A stretch of DNA of 63,828 nt, filler included, from Lenisia limosa (taxonomy: Eukaryota > Protista > Breviatea), in assembly GCA_001655205.1 (NCBI GenBank). It is 12 parts of 12 records of this genome, joined end to end, with 100 filler letters (N's around TTAATTAATTAA, not from the genome) between each part and the next. Parts side by side here need not be neighbours in the genome. Positions count along the whole stretch, not along the records: positions 23,640 to 25,470 come from LPNZ01010361.1; positions 25,571 to 27,258 come from LPNZ01008597.1; positions 27,359 to 30,613 come from LPNZ01008264.1; positions 30,714 to 33,931 come from LPNZ01007372.1; positions 34,032 to 60,405 come from LPNZ01007057.1; 7 more parts are not named here. The stretch is one strand, 5' to 3'. Below, piece after piece: positions 23,750 to 37,400 of the stretch. A program made the position numbers and the translations under genes. Below the pieces are notes generated by a model. The model worked only from the letters and a program-made list of their open reading frames with translations, was not told the DNA's origin and searched no databases. Every line of letters begins with the position of its first letter. The first letter of the stretch is position 1.

Positions 23750-25385
23750 GGAGTCTTCCTGAAGACTAAGAGGGTCCGTGTATGGGGGAGGAGCGAATTA
23801 TGTTGGAAACAATTACAGGTAACTAAAACCCCGAAGAGGGGGGTGTCAACATGTCAGAAATATTTAATAGCACAGCCAACATTGATATTCTAACAGTAGA
23901 CTGCTCTACATTAGTCTTTACGAGTTAAAGATGGGTGAATACAAAAATACATCATAACGTTTTACACAACCCTTGGCAAGCCTTGTTCTGTTTTGACATC
24001 CTCTAGGAAGCCCAGTTACATCCTTTCGCTTTCCAGTTGATTTTCAGTTTTGTGATGATGATTAGTTCCTTTGTTGTGGGTAGAGGGGTTACGCTTGAGC
24101 CGTACAACATTTTGAAGGAATATATTAATTTAATTTTAATTCACCATCAGGTATACCAAGATCCTTTATTTGTGTAATTACCCCCCTCCAGACCCTTCTT
24201 TTTGTCGAACCAGTCTTCACAAGATACGGTTTGTGCTTGTTGTATTTGTGGTACTGAAAAGCTCATCCAATCGATATTTACCAAGGATTAAAATTTATAC
24301 ATTTTTGAGAAATTGTCCATTTTTGGAACCATGGGGACGCCCAACAGACAATTTCACCAATAATCCATGCAGGCTTCATGAGCGCAGCTCTCTATGTCCC
24401 TTCGTCTCTACTCTCTATTTACGCTATAAAATGCGCAGGACTTTCAATTGCTCAGGGGGTCTGGTTGGGGGGGGGGACGCTAATGTGTAATTTTATTAAA
24501 GTCATGTTCATCTTTATCATGTTTATTGGATCCTTAACACCTTGACTTATGACTTGTTCCGACGATCCGAAAAGATTGGTGCAATATTGATTTATCGAGG
24601 ATTTATGGAGAATACCCGTCTTTTTTGGACTGTAGGGATTCTACTTCTGATCTTGTCTTTATGACCTCTCAGGTCGGGGTCAGCAATAGTGGTGTCTTTC
24701 CTTTGGGGCTACCTCTACTTCCACGAAAGCCTTTCAAATGTATGTCCCGCACTCTCCTCCCACTACCCCCCCCCNNNNNNNNNNNNNNNNNNNNNNNNNN
24801 NNNNNNNNNNNNNNNNNNNNNNNNNNNNNNNNNNNNNNNNNNNNNNNNNNNNNNNTTTCATAAGTTCCATTTTTTTTAGGTCAATAGAGTTTGTCAAACA
24901 CCTCTACATGTCTACCATCTGATTCGAATTTTATGTTTAAATCAATTTTGTGTTTTTCTAGACTTTGTACCTTGATTTATCTACTTCAAATAATAACGCA
25001 TCCCCAAATCTTTTGGTCATAAATTTTCCAATTTTACCCCCCCCCCCCTCGAGTNNNNNNNNNNNNNNNNNNNNNNNNNNNNNNNNNNNNNNNNNNNNNN
25101 NNNNNNNNNNNNNNNNNNNNNNNNNNNNNNNNNNNNNNNNNNNNNNNNNNNNNNNNNNNNNNNNNNNNNNNNNNNNNNNNNNNNNNNNNNNNNNNNNNNN
25201 NNNNNNNNNNNNNNNNTAAATTTTCAAATTTTACTACCCCTCTCCCACCTAGACGCAGGACTGCTTCATATTCCTGGGCGTTCTGGTGGTGGGAGTGGCG
25301 TCGGTGGCGGTAGCGCCTCAACACTGGGTCACGCGCCTCTTCTTCCTCCGTTGCCTTCCCGACGGCAAGAAGACCTATGTTGTGC
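23750..25385 (+). CDS. TMEM144-like drug/metabolite transporter-family membrane protein, partial
   Basis: Exons 24373-24463 and 24673-24739: GFMSAALYVPSSLLSIYAIKCAGLSIAQGVWSGSAIVVSFLWGYLYFHE. Attachment of the flanking exons is uncertain. Confidence 0.6.
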
Positions 25386-25794
25386 GTGGGGAGGCACGCA
25401 GTAAGTTGTATGTGCAGAATTGTGAGGCAAATGTTTGGGTGAATTAATCCAGAATCTCTTATAAGCGTGANNNNNNNNNNNNNNNNNNNNNNNNNNNNNN
25501 NNNNNNNNNNNNNNTTAATTAATTAANNNNNNNNNNNNNNNNNNNNNNNNNNNNNNNNNNNNNNNNNNNNACCATTCCAAACTGTTGCCACAAGTGTTAG
25601 TTTACAATGTGATAGATATAGTATAGATATATGCTTAGTATGTTGTGACAATTCGAGTATTGAATGTTCGTTCAACCATAATTTATAGGGGTTTTTTAAT
25701 GAAGTACATATCATCTTATAATATTATTCCGGCTCTCAAAAATAATATTCTTCGCTAATTGATCTGCCTCCAATTTTACTCCTTTCCTCCTCAG

Positions 25795-27257
25795 CTTTGA
25801 CGGGATGCCAGCCCTTCCCGAACTCCGAGCCCTTTTCGCGACAGATAATCAGATTTCGTCTTTCAGGGGCGTAACCCCACTTCCAAGACTCCAANNNNNN
25901 NNNNNNNNNNNNNNNNNNNNNNNNNNNNNNNNNNNNNNNNNNNNNNNNNNNNNNNNNNNNNNNNNNNNNNNNNNNNNNNNNNNNNNNNNNNNNNNNNNNN
26001 NNNNNNNNNNNNNNNNNNNNNNNNNNNNNNNNNNNNNNNNNNNNNNNNNNNNNNNNNNNNNNNNTTGTCTATGGTTCCAAAAACACCGAATTTCCCGAAA
26101 ATCCTTGATAAGTATCGATATTTAAACAGCCTTTTCGGACCATAGGGAAGCCCTAGTTATAAGCATTCTATTCCTTATCATAATATCCTCAAAAAAAATA
26201 CCTGTAAACTTTCCTTAAAAGTGTATTGTTGTTCTATTATGCCGCAATCAATGTCTCTCTTATCGTATTCCTCATTTATTGCCATCTCCCGATTTAGTAA
26301 CACTATTTCACCCCCCCCCCCCCGCAGTCCCNNNNNNNNNNNNNNNNNNNNNNNNNNNNNNNNNNNNNNNNNNNNNNNNNNNNNNNNNNNNNNNNNNNNN
26401 NNNNNNNNNNNNNNNNNNNNNNNNNNNNNNNNNNNNNNNNNNNNNNNNNNNNNNNNNNNNNNNNNNNNNNNNNNNNNNNNNNNNNNNNNNNNNNNNNNNN
26501 NNNNNNNNNNNNNNNNNNNNNNNNNNNNNNNNNNNNNNNNNNNNNNNNNNNNNNNNNNNNNNNNNNNNNNNCTGCTGGCTGACAACACACCCGGGGTAAT
26601 TATTGTTTTTAGATTGGGAAACAAATGAGAGGAACACCTTGAGATAACACACAACACCATTCCTTATTTTTCCCCATAAATTTTCAATTAAACTCAGAGT
26701 TGATTTTGGGCTTTTTAATTTATTGCTTGTTTGTTTGTTGTTTGTTTGTTCGGAGTTTCAGATTATTCGGTTCGTGATAAGTACCTTTACGCCAATATTC
26801 TTCATCGAAATNNNNNNNNNNNNNNNNNNNNNNNNNNNNNNNNNNNNNNNNNNNNNNNNNNNNNNNNNNNNNNNNNNTTTTTGTTGTTATCAACCCTCGT
26901 GAGTTGTCTAGAATAGAGAATAACTGTCGGATTTCTTCACTTCTCTTGCTGACATTCTAGAACAAGTCTCGACGTTCCTGTTGAATTACCAGCAGTACAT
27001 GGGACAGAAGCTGGAGTGCCAGGTTTGCTGGAATTACCTGCTCATTTTGATTCTCATCTGAATATAATGAATGTGATTTTGATTCTCATCTGAATATAAT
27101 GAATGTGATTTTGATTCTCATTTGAATATAATGATTCTATGTGAGATCATGATCCCTCCAGATTGTGGGCGGAGAAGTTATTGGAAGCTTACACGAGTTT
27201 TCAACTGTGTCTGCGGTTTTCTCGTTCGAGTGCGACGGCCACACTCACTTACCCGGT
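25795..27257 (+). CDS. Leucine-rich-repeat protein, partial
   Basis: FDGMPALPELRALFATDNQISSFRGVTPLPRLQ fits LxxLxLxxNxI; later exons EQVSTFLLNYQQYMGQKLECQ and IVGGEVIGSLHEFS. Confidence 0.6.
26725..26811 (+). repeat. Family D intronic repeat
   Basis: TTGTTTG..GGAGTTTCAGATTATTCGGTTCGTGATAAGTACCTTTACGCCAATATTCTTCATCGAAAT, matching 1900-2001 and others. Confidence 0.7.
27044..27133. repeat. Tandem repeat, 32 bp x~3 (intronic)
   Basis: ATTTTGATTCTCATCTGAATATAATGAATGTG at 27044, 27076 and 27108. Confidence 0.9.
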
Positions 27258-28559
27258 ANNNNNNNNNNNNNNNNNNNNNNNNNNNNNNNNNNNNNNNNNN
27301 NNTTAATTAATTAANNNNNNNNNNNNNNNNNNNNNNNNNNNNNNNNNNNNNNNNNNNNCCCCCTCATACCTCGTGTGAATGAAGGCGGTGGTTGTCGCTG
27401 GTATGAAGGAGTTTAATAACTGAGCCACAAGTCACCCGGGTCAGGTCTACAGGGTAATGGATTGGGTTTCATTCTGGTCTGAAAATGATCGATAAAAAAT
27501 TGATAGACTTTTTACGAACCGAAGTAATGGAAAATGCGTATTGAATGGAATGCGGATATTGAAGAATAGGCATACATCAAAAGGAAGTCCATCACAATTA
27601 TGACGGATATGATTATAACAGTATTTCATGTCCCACTGAAGACCTTCCATAGGAACAACTTAAGGAAAGGTAGCAGTTTTTGAACTTATAGTACCTTATT
27701 ATCTTATTATGGTATGAAAGAAAGAAGAAGCAACTATTGTATCATTAGGCTATTTACTCTTCCCAAGACGAAAATCCAAAAACAAGGATTGATCACGTTG
27801 TGCTACCCCCCATGATTGAAGGTCAAAATCCAATATTCCTGGAAATAACCATTGTTGAAATAGTATGACATAATATATTTTGAATATTCGAAGACAACAA
27901 GCGTTGCTATTCATACGCCTCTAACCTAAGGGAGAGTCGTCATTATCTTCTGCTATGTCAGCAAATGCCAACGAGAACAACACAAAAAGGAGAGCGTAGA
28001 ACAGCCTCAACATGGCTGGTTTCTTATCTATTCCTGATCTACTCTATCTATCTATCTATACGTATCTTTTCTTTCTATATTGTTATTAAGAGGATGGGAG
28101 GCAGGGAAGAGGAAAACGGAAAACAGAAGAATGTTTATTCTTACATCAGTTACATTAGTTACCCTCCACTTGTTTTTGTGCTCCTCCATCTCTCCAGGTC
28201 TCTCTCTATCTCGTCTCATTCAAGTATACAACAAATAAATAAATAAAAAAACCCTGAAAATCAAAGAAGAAGCTAGAAAGGACCCGCATCCATTTTCCGT
28301 ACCTCTCTTCCCTTCATCACAATGTTTCATGTTCTTGGTAGGGCTTCATAAAATATCAGGAATAAATGATGGAATAATATCTACGTGCCTTCCCAGCATA
28401 TTTCACTTTTTGCTTTGCAACACTGTGCTCACAGCTATCTGAAATGATTCTACATTCCACCAAGGTGATAGATTCACTAGCCACAGTGATTCTATTTCGC
28501 GTATATTTTTCTCTCATAAAGAAGAGCAGATTACAACAGACTTAGAATAAACCTTCCAG

Positions 28560-31500
28560 AAGAGCCGATTTCGGCAGACATGTTCACGGTCTTGCTGATG
28601 AGGCACACTCCTACAGAGGTAGGAGTTGGGGAATATAAAGCAGATAGAGAGAGGGGAAAGGGAAGATGACTATTAGAGTTAATGGGGAGATGATGGGTCT
28701 TCCGCACCACAGGCCGGGGGGGGGGGCAATGAATCGGCTTTGCTGTAAAAGTAAAACCGTGTTCGTACCTGATATTTTGACCTAAGTATATTCACTAGGG
28801 ATATTGTGTTGACCCATTTCCACTAAGGATCCGGTCTTATGACCGACTTTCGAGCGGTTGTATCTGATATTGTAGGTGCTTCAAGCGATATCTGACGCCT
28901 ACGGGATCTTCTATCGTCAGAGAAAGCAGTTTGATGTTAGCTGGGTGTTACTGTGTTCCAGGGTTGTAAGACAAATGATTGGGTGAATATTAATATTCTA
29001 CACAAAATATCTTATTAGCGTGAAGGTGTGGACGGCTTCGGCCAGATAAAACCTTGTTTTATTTCTCATTTCTATGTATTACATTACAGCTACACATTAT
29101 TATCATGATTTAGTANNNNNNNNNNNNNNNNNNNNNNNNNNNNNNNNNNNNNNNNNNNNNNNNNNNNNNNNNNNNNNNNNNNNNNNNNNNNNNNNNNNNN
29201 NNNNNNNNNNNNNNNNNNNNNNNNNNNNNNNNNNNNNNNNNNNNNNNNNNNNNNNNNNNNNAAAGAATACGTTACAGTAGATGGCTTGGGGGTGACCCCG
29301 ATGGTGTGGATGGCTTGGGGGTGATATCACTTTTTTTTTTTATTCACAATCACATAATAATGAAATACAGTTTAATACTACATGATGTGTTATATATAGT
29401 ACATATATATACAGTATATCGATCATATATACTACTATGATATACTATACTATTAGATATTTTTGACCCTTTATTTAAGGACGCCGTTGCCGATGCTGTG
29501 TCTAACGTCAATGATAAGAAGAAGTTGCTTAATGACCTGTTAGAGCCTTTTATCGCCGAAATCGTGGGGGTTATGAGGGCTTCGTGCAAATTATTGAGAA
29601 ATTAATTCTGAATTTTGAAGTAAGAGATCTTCATTTCAGGTATTCATGCCGTGACCGGGATAAGTCTTGACCTATTCCTCTTGGGAAATCACAGAGTAAA
29701 TCGATCAAGATTTACCCTCTTCAATGTGTATTATTACTTTCATTTAAAAATTTGCTAACTAATTTCCTGAACAAATTTATTACTCACCATCCCAGTAATT
29801 GTAGCATAGGTTTCAAGTACATAAGGAGAGTGTAGGGTTTCACTTCGGTTTGAAAAAGACCGGTAAAATATCGATATTTTTCGATTTATCGAGAAATTTA
29901 GTTTCTTTTCGAACCGAAGTGAATCCCTAGTGATGGGTAAATATTTTTGAAATCAAAGGCAACGGAAGCCCAACTCTTTAGGCCAATCTCGACGATGATG
30001 ATGAAATCATGGATGTGTACATTGACAACAAAGTACACCAAGTTATGACCCTAGTTTTTACTGCAGTTGACCTGGAAGACCAGCTGGACTTCATGCGAAC
30101 AATGGAGTGGGAGGGGGGGGCGTAAATATCGATGTTTTACCGGTCTTTTTCGGAATGTNNNNNNNNNNNNNNNNNNNNNNNNNNNNNNNNNNNNNNNNNN
30201 NNNNNNNNNNNNNNNNNNNNNNNNNNNNNNNNNNNNNNNNNNNNNNATCCCAGACCTCGTTTTGCAGCCCGTTTGGTGTGTTTCGCCTGCAACCCCGAGG
30301 AAAACAGCGAAGTATGGGACGCCATGCTGGATCGATGCTGCCCCTTTAGTATGCATGGCAAAATGGGGATAAGAGGATGAAGCAAATAATAATTTACTGG
30401 GTTTTTTGCTCGTCAGGTTTTTGTTCGAATTTTCAGAAGGACAGCTTAAGTATGCATGGCAAAATGGGGCTGGGCATGGAATATAGGATAAGGTATATGG
30501 AGTGGGGGGTAGTTTTTGTGTGGATGGAGAAAACTTGGAAAGCAAAAGTTTGAAGTCTCTTGCAAACAGTGAGCTTTATCGCTCAAACATTGCGCAATTA
30601 TCGCAGCCTTTAANNNNNNNNNNNNNNNNNNNNNNNNNNNNNNNNNNNNNNNNNNNNTTAATTAATTAANNNNNNNNNNNNNNNNNNNNNNNNNNNNNNN
30701 NNNNNNNNNNNNNACGTGACACACCCCAAATGGGACGAGAAGTTCAAGATCAACCTCCCTTCTAATGAGTACAAAAATCACTTCCTCGTCTTCCTCTTCC
30801 GCAGGTGCTCCACCAAGGACAAAAAGGTGGGTCTTCTCCATATCCCCGAATAGATTAAGTCTGTTTTTTTTTATGTATATATTCTGTTTTGCTATCGCCG
30901 CACTTACTTCTTTNNNNNNNNNNNNNNNNNNNNNNNNNNNNNNNNNNNNNNNNNNNNNNNNNNNNNNNNNNNNNNNNNNNNNNNNNNNNNNNNNNNNNNN
31001 NNNNNNNNNNNNNNNNNNNNNNNNNNNNNNNTGGGACAACCAAGAATATTGATGAGAGTTTTGGTTTATATTTTTTCAAAGAAGTTAAATTGTTACCAAA
31101 AATTCTGACATGGTATTTTGTGTTATTTGAGTTTATTTTCCCTATTATTCTCAACATATCAATATTGACTGAATAGGCGCGTATGCAAATCTACAAGTTC
31201 TCCAAGTCTGAGGACATCAAACTGGCATTTGCCGAGCCGAAGACCCTGCAACCCATGAAGGGGGAGTTCCTGGTGGTTGACTTTACTTTCGTGTCCAATG
31301 TGCTCACCCAGGACAACAAACTTCTTGTGGGGGGTATTCAGGATAGAGTATATCTGAACAGATATGCTGTACTATATTATGTATTTTTGCATTTGTCACA
31401 ATGTAGGCACTCCTGCATTGGCAGAAGCATAACAGTCGTCTGAGCGATGTTCTCCGAATGGTAACGTTCATTTCACAAAATGAGGTCTGTGTTGGGACGA

Positions 31501-33686
31501 TTAATTGTGAATCAAAGTAACTAATACTCCTCTGTCTGCTGTAGTTTATTTATTTCTGAATGAAATACCACATAAAAAATTACAGTTCTATAGGTGGTGA
31601 AGTTCTTCAACCGAGCCTTTTCAGCGCTGTTTGAGATCCTCGATGCCAATATCAAGGACACCAATATCCTCGTGTTTGACGCTCTTGTGTTCCTCGTCAA
31701 CATCATTACGGATTCCAAGGTTGTTCTTTGTCAAATTAACTTCTATTATTTGATTTTTCTTGTTTTGCTGCTGTTTTGATCGTTGTTTTCGATCAACCAC
31801 AAACCAGTTTCACCCCCCTCCCCCCAGGATCCTGCCTACAAGGCCACTCTCAATGAGTTTATTGATCACTTCGACTTTGTGCTGGCCTGGAGGTCTCTCC
31901 TCAGCTGCATCCATTTCTACTTGCAGAAGTACGACAACGCACAGGTGGGGTCTAACTTGATATTAATCAAGGTGTTTTATAATTTTTGAACTATCTGAAG
32001 GTTTTCTGTGTTTAAGATATCATACATCGCATATTGTGTCTATTGACCCCTATTATCCCAACTCACAACTCACAACACAGCATGCCTCACATGTCCGTTC
32101 CACTATCAAGACTTCCTCAACCCTCTTCCGCTTCATCTTCAAGTCTTGGACCAAGTTCACGGAGAAGAACGTGGGGGGTGGGGCTTCACATCAGTTCAGT
32201 GCTTTTCTCAGAAGAGCTTCAATCCACATCAATTTTGTATCATTCTTGCTATTCCTTACCCCCTTACCATCCCTTCACCCCGGCAGGCCGATACCCCCCT
32301 TGGCGAGCTTGAAGCTGAGTTGATTCCCGTCCTTGATGATCTCAATATGCTCATGTCTCTGACTCAGGTTGGTGGGGGGGGGGAGTCGACTGGAACCTCG
32401 GATTCAAAAATAGTTATTCTGATTATATCTTCTATCAATAAGAAATGTGTTTTTTTAGCCAATACGCTTGGTAGCTTTAGCACACAGATAGAGGAGAAAC
32501 AAATATAGTATACATAGTGTATGTATCATGCTGGGAAAGCACACAGAAAGCTGTGTGCACAGAGTTGTAAGGCAAATACAAACCGTGTTGCATGAAAGGC
32601 TTCGTCTGAACACATATCTTCTGTCCTTCCTTTATACCATGCCTTTGGTAACTGTCATAGCCCCCCTGGATGATTGGAGCGCAGACAATGTCCCTTGCCG
32701 TCATGCCCGAGGTGGGCTGGGGGGGGGGTAATATGCTGTTTTTTTTTTCTGCAGTTCTCTACAATAGAAATTCTAAAAGAGATGCTTTTTCAACCTTACA
32801 TATTTTGACATGATGAGCAATAACCCAATCCAGGTATTCGCCCAACTGCCTGCCTTCTTTGCCCGCGAAGACGCTGCACGAATGGCTGCAGAGTTTATTA
32901 GGAGCGTGCCGCTTCATTCCGATAAGAAGGCCCATGCTCTGGCAAGGCTCTCGTGGATCACCCAGGTTGGAACTGAATTTGAGTGCATGGTTGGGTATCC
33001 ATCAGATTCTTGTATTTCAGGTTCATCGATGATGTTTTTTTATTGAGGCTGGATATATTTTATTATTATTGTTGTTGTTAAAAATAGTTATGTACTGTAT
33101 ACCCCCCAGGCCCTCACCGATCAGGTTGCTTCTTCTGAACTGATGAAATCGCCGGAGGCTGCGGGTATCCTGTTGCCTGCTCTTTTGGACTCAATTCTCG
33201 GCCACTTCTCTCCCGAAGGCGCTGTTTTGGAGGAGGTTTGAGGACCGTGTTCTTTTGCAGTAAAGCCAGCACCAGTGATAAACCAGACAGTACCCTACAT
33301 ATTGAGTTTATTGATCAGATTTATTTGTTTCTATATCCCTTTCACCCCACATTTTTCATATTCTGCCACGGATGGGACGCGGTGCTGCAGAAGCGACTGG
33401 CATGGGCTTTGTTTGTTGTTATTTTCAAACCTTGTGTGTTGTCAGCCACAGAGTTGATTTTGGGCTTTTTTTTTTGTTTCATACATTTTCCAGTTTTACC
33501 TCCCTCACCCAGATGTCAACCCTCATGGCACTGAATGAGGTGCTCTCTCTCATTGAATCCTCCAAGATTCTGAAGCCCTCATCGCCATACCTGTCGTCGC
33601 TCATCTATGTCGGCTCATGTCTCCTCAATCGCGGCCGCACGGTGTCGGAGGACAGTCTTGAGCTGGTATGCTGGATTTGCCGCCAG
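28560..33686 (+). CDS. DOCK-family GEF-like protein (C2/DHR-1 and helical region), partial
   Basis: HVTHPKWDEKFKINLP..HFLVFLFRRCSTK resembles the DHR-1 C2 domain, followed by VVKFFNRAFSALFEIL..LVFDALVFLVNII and PAYKATLNEFIDHF. Spans the linker at 30658; DHR-2 not seen. Confidence 0.7.
29833..29929. mobile_element. Family A palindromic MITE
   Basis: TAGGGTTTCACTTCGGTTTGAAAAAGAC...TTCGAACCGAAGTGAATCCCTA. Confidence 0.85.
33385..33512 (+). mobile_element. Family B intronic repeat, full-length, ending at the splice acceptor
   Basis: CTGCAGAAGCGACTGG..GTCAGCCACAGAGTTGATTTTGGGC..TTTCATACATTTTCCAGTTTTACCTCCCTCACCCAG|ATGTCA. Confidence 0.8.
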
Positions 33687-34079
33687 GTTGGCTGAGATGT
33701 TTTGGGGGTTTTAACTGCTTTTGATACTTGGGGTGAATTTTTGTTAATGCTCCATCTTAACCTAACGTCCTTTCATCTACAAGAATCCAGTATTCGTATA
33801 TGATATATAATATATACATGTACATATATAATAAGCCCGGTCAGATACAACCTTGTTTTTTATTTCTCATTGCTATGTTTTAATTCTTCAGCCCTCCCAA
33901 TCATCCACAAACTATTATCCACTAACTCCCCNNNNNNNNNNNNNNNNNNNNNNNNNNNNNNNNNNNNNNNNNNNNTTAATTAATTAANNNNNNNNNNNNN
34001 NNNNNNNNNNNNNNNNNNNNNNNNNNNNNNNTGTAAGGGGAGGGGGGGGGTCACTTTTGAAAGGTTTCTTCATCACAAG

Positions 34080-34173
34080 TAGGGCTTTCCTACGTTCCAA
34101 AATGACCTGTTAAATATCGATATTTATCGAAGATTTACTGAGAAATTCCGTCTTTTTTTCTGGCCGTAGTCTA
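34080..34173. mobile_element. Family A palindromic MITE
   Basis: Exact 8-bp TSD ATCACAAG at 34072-34079 and 34174-34181. Confidence 0.85.
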
Positions 34174-34454
34174 ATCACAAGCCAATAACTATTATCATAA
34201 GGTCTTTTCAGATTTTTCTCACTTTGTTCTTTATCTTTCAAATGTTATTATTTGGTTGGATCATCAATTCTTGTTTTTATATCGATACTGCAGAAGCGAC
34301 TGGCCTGGGCTTGTATCAACCCTCGAGTNNNNNNNNNNNNNNNNNNNNNNNNNNNNNNNNNNNNNNNNNNNNNNNNNNNNNNNNNNNNNNNNNNNNNNNN
34401 NNNNNNNNNNNNNNNNNNNNNNNNNNNNNNNNNNNNNNNNNNNNNNNNNCCCAG

Positions 34455-37400
34455 GCCGTGCACCAACGGGGGTGCCCTCCGTCGTTCTCGTCCCTGCGCT
34501 CGTTTTCCCATGTGGGTTATATTACTCTTCTTCTTCTTCTTCTTCTTCTTCTTCTAATTATTATTATTATTATTATTGCCAAAGTGTTAATGAACCAGAG
34601 TGTCCCTAATTTTTGACAATTACAACATTTCCGCTGATGTTCATCCACAGGATTCTCTCGATTCTGGCTTTTTGTTCCATAAATTTATCGATAATGCGTA
34701 CTGTAGAAGCGACTGACCTCGCATTGTTGGTTTTGTTGTTTTCAACTTTTTAACCCTCGTGTATTGCTAGTCAACAGAGTTAATTTTGGGCCTTTTTTTT
34801 GTTACATTATTTTCCAATTTTACCTCCTCCCCTCCCCAGTCTGAGGAGCGAGTCGAGATCGGAAGCGTGCGTTCCCTATCGTCAACAAGCCAAAAAGAGG
34901 ACTATAATGAGCGAGGCACGGCGCTCGAGTGGGTCTCACAAGGCATGATATCTGAAACTCAAATAATATGTCATAGAGATCCTTTTGTGGTAGTAGCAAC
35001 AACTTCTCACCAAACAATTTCAAATGAATGTCGCTGTAGATTCTAACTAAATATCAATAATAAATTCGGTCAGATCGATGTCAGAAATGTCGGTCGCGTC
35101 AGTGACCTCATCGCCGGTGTCAGCCCAGGACACGCCAATGCAGACGCCGATTGTCAGTCCCCGGTCGCCGAGGCTGTCCGTCCCTCCAAGTGCTGTATCT
35201 CCGTTGTCGTCGTCTTCAAGAGTTGGGGAGGGGGGGTATCTTAACGGCAAACGAAGTCGTTTTTTTTGTGTGGATTGTTACATCTTGTATGTCATTTTAT
35301 TTACTGCGTAGGTTGCGTCGGCATCATCTCTTCTTCCTTGTTATAATGGTCGATCTTTATCTCTCGAGGAGCTGCGCCGTATTGAAGATATGGTAGGTCC
35401 TTTTGGCCTTAATCCAGGTTTTATTGATTGCGAATGGAACTTGACCGGAATTGAATTGATAAATCATTTACATGTCTTTTCTAATGAGAAAGGGTAGCTA
35501 TTATATTTGCTCTTGAGTTACATCCCCCCTCCCCTCATGGGATGCTGCAGAAGCGACTGGCCTNNNNNNNNNNNNNNNNNNNNNNNNNNNNNNNNNNNNN
35601 NNNNNNNNNNNNNNNNNNNNNNNNNNNNNNNNNNNNNNNNNNNNNNNNNNNNNNNNNNNNNNNNNNNNNNNNNNNNNNNNNNNNNNNNNNNNNNNNNNNN
35701 NNNNNNNNNNNNNNNNNNNNNNNNNNNNNNNNNNNNNNNNNNNNNNNNNNNNNNNNNNNNNNNNNNNNNNNNNNNNNNNNNNNNNNNNNNNNNNCTCACG
35801 GACCTCTATCCGGAGTCGCCACTCCTGGTTGGTTTCATATCCTTCTAACTTCTTCTACTATTGAGTGTGACTTGCTTGCATAAACACGTATTTTATTAGT
35901 GCCTTAACAGCTTTTTCCTAGACTAGTCCTCACTCACCCTTTACTGTACAAAAGATTCTCCATCTCTTTTATATTATTATATATTTATCTTTTATTGTCC
36001 AAAAAAAAAACTCACGCATCAGGAGCCGGAGTTTCGTCCTGCTAATATCGTACAATGCGTCAACCAGCATCCGGTACGCGTGATATGATGGAGATAGTTG
36101 ATGCGGCATTTCATGAAATACTGAGGGTAATATTGCAAGCCTTTTCCTAACTGCAAATTAGTCCGAGACCAAATCACGAATACGTTCAAGCCCCACACCA
36201 TGTTCACCTTTATCTGTTGCCTCTATGCCCCTGCATCCCTTGGTGGTCAAAAAACGAAAAGCGTAGGAGGGGGGAACATTTTGAGTTGACATATCTTATT
36301 TGAGCTTCCAAATGTAGGGTTTCACTTCGGTTCGAAAAAGACAATATCGATTGTTCTTGAACTCCTTATTTTGAGTATTGTTATCAATTTAGATCATCTT
36401 CACGCCCATCATCCCCAACATTCTCCCCGAAGCCCACCCCCACTCCACCCCATTCGAAATCCCAGGAGCAAATTGCTCATTATAAAGTGAGCGTTGGGTT
36501 GGGGGTGCTTTTTCAATAAGTCTTTATTTCAAATTGTATCATATACTGTATGTAATGGTAGTAATCGGGAGAAACTAATAGATAAATGTTGCTTTTTCTG
36601 ACCGTAGAGAATACTACCGTCATAGTAGTGAAAATTTTAATCCATGTCACTCTCCAGGCACTGATCGTGGAAGACAACATGGTGAACCAGCGCCTCCTCC
36701 GAGCCATGCTTGCGCGCCTTGGTCTCCAGGCCGACACGGTGGACAACGGACAGATGTGCCTCGATATTATTAAAGAACGAGTNNNNNNNNNNNNNNNNNN
36801 NNNNNNNNNNNNNNNNNNNNNNNNNNNNNNNNNNNNNNNNNNNNNNNNNNNNNNNNNNNNNNNNNNNNNNNNNNNNNNNNNNNNNNNNNNNNNNNNNNNN
36901 NNNNNNNNNNNNNNNNNNNNNNNNNNNNNNNNNGTGACTACTCCCTAATTCTGATGGATATTTCTATGCCTGTTCTCGATGGAATTTCGGCAACAAAAAT
37001 CCTAAGAAATGTTGGTGGTTTTATTGTTTCAAATATCCTAAGAAATGTTGATGAAAAACTTGGGTTACCATATGGACTGAAAATGGCTGATATTTTGGAA
37101 GAAAATTAATACCACTGAGACTTGGTTTTTTTTTTTTGTTTATATATATATATATTATATATATCGATATATGATATATATTTATTATTTTTCCCAATTT
37201 TCTTAACCAAACAGAATTACCAGATACTTTCTATTTTTTTTTTTTTTGTTTGGAGTTTCAGATTANNNNNNNNNNNNNNNNNNNNNNNNNNNNNNNNNNN
37301 NNNNNNNNNNNNNNNNNNNNNNNNNNNNNNNNNNNNNNNNNNNNNNNNNNNNNNNNNNNNNNNNNNNNNNNNNNNNNNNNNNNNNNNNNNNNNNNNNNNN

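Noticed and set aside
28857-28875. Possible 19-nt GT-AG intron in the DOCK-like gene
   Set aside because: A single longer intron from the upstream donor near 28620 to the same acceptor is phase-compatible, so the tiny intron is not required.
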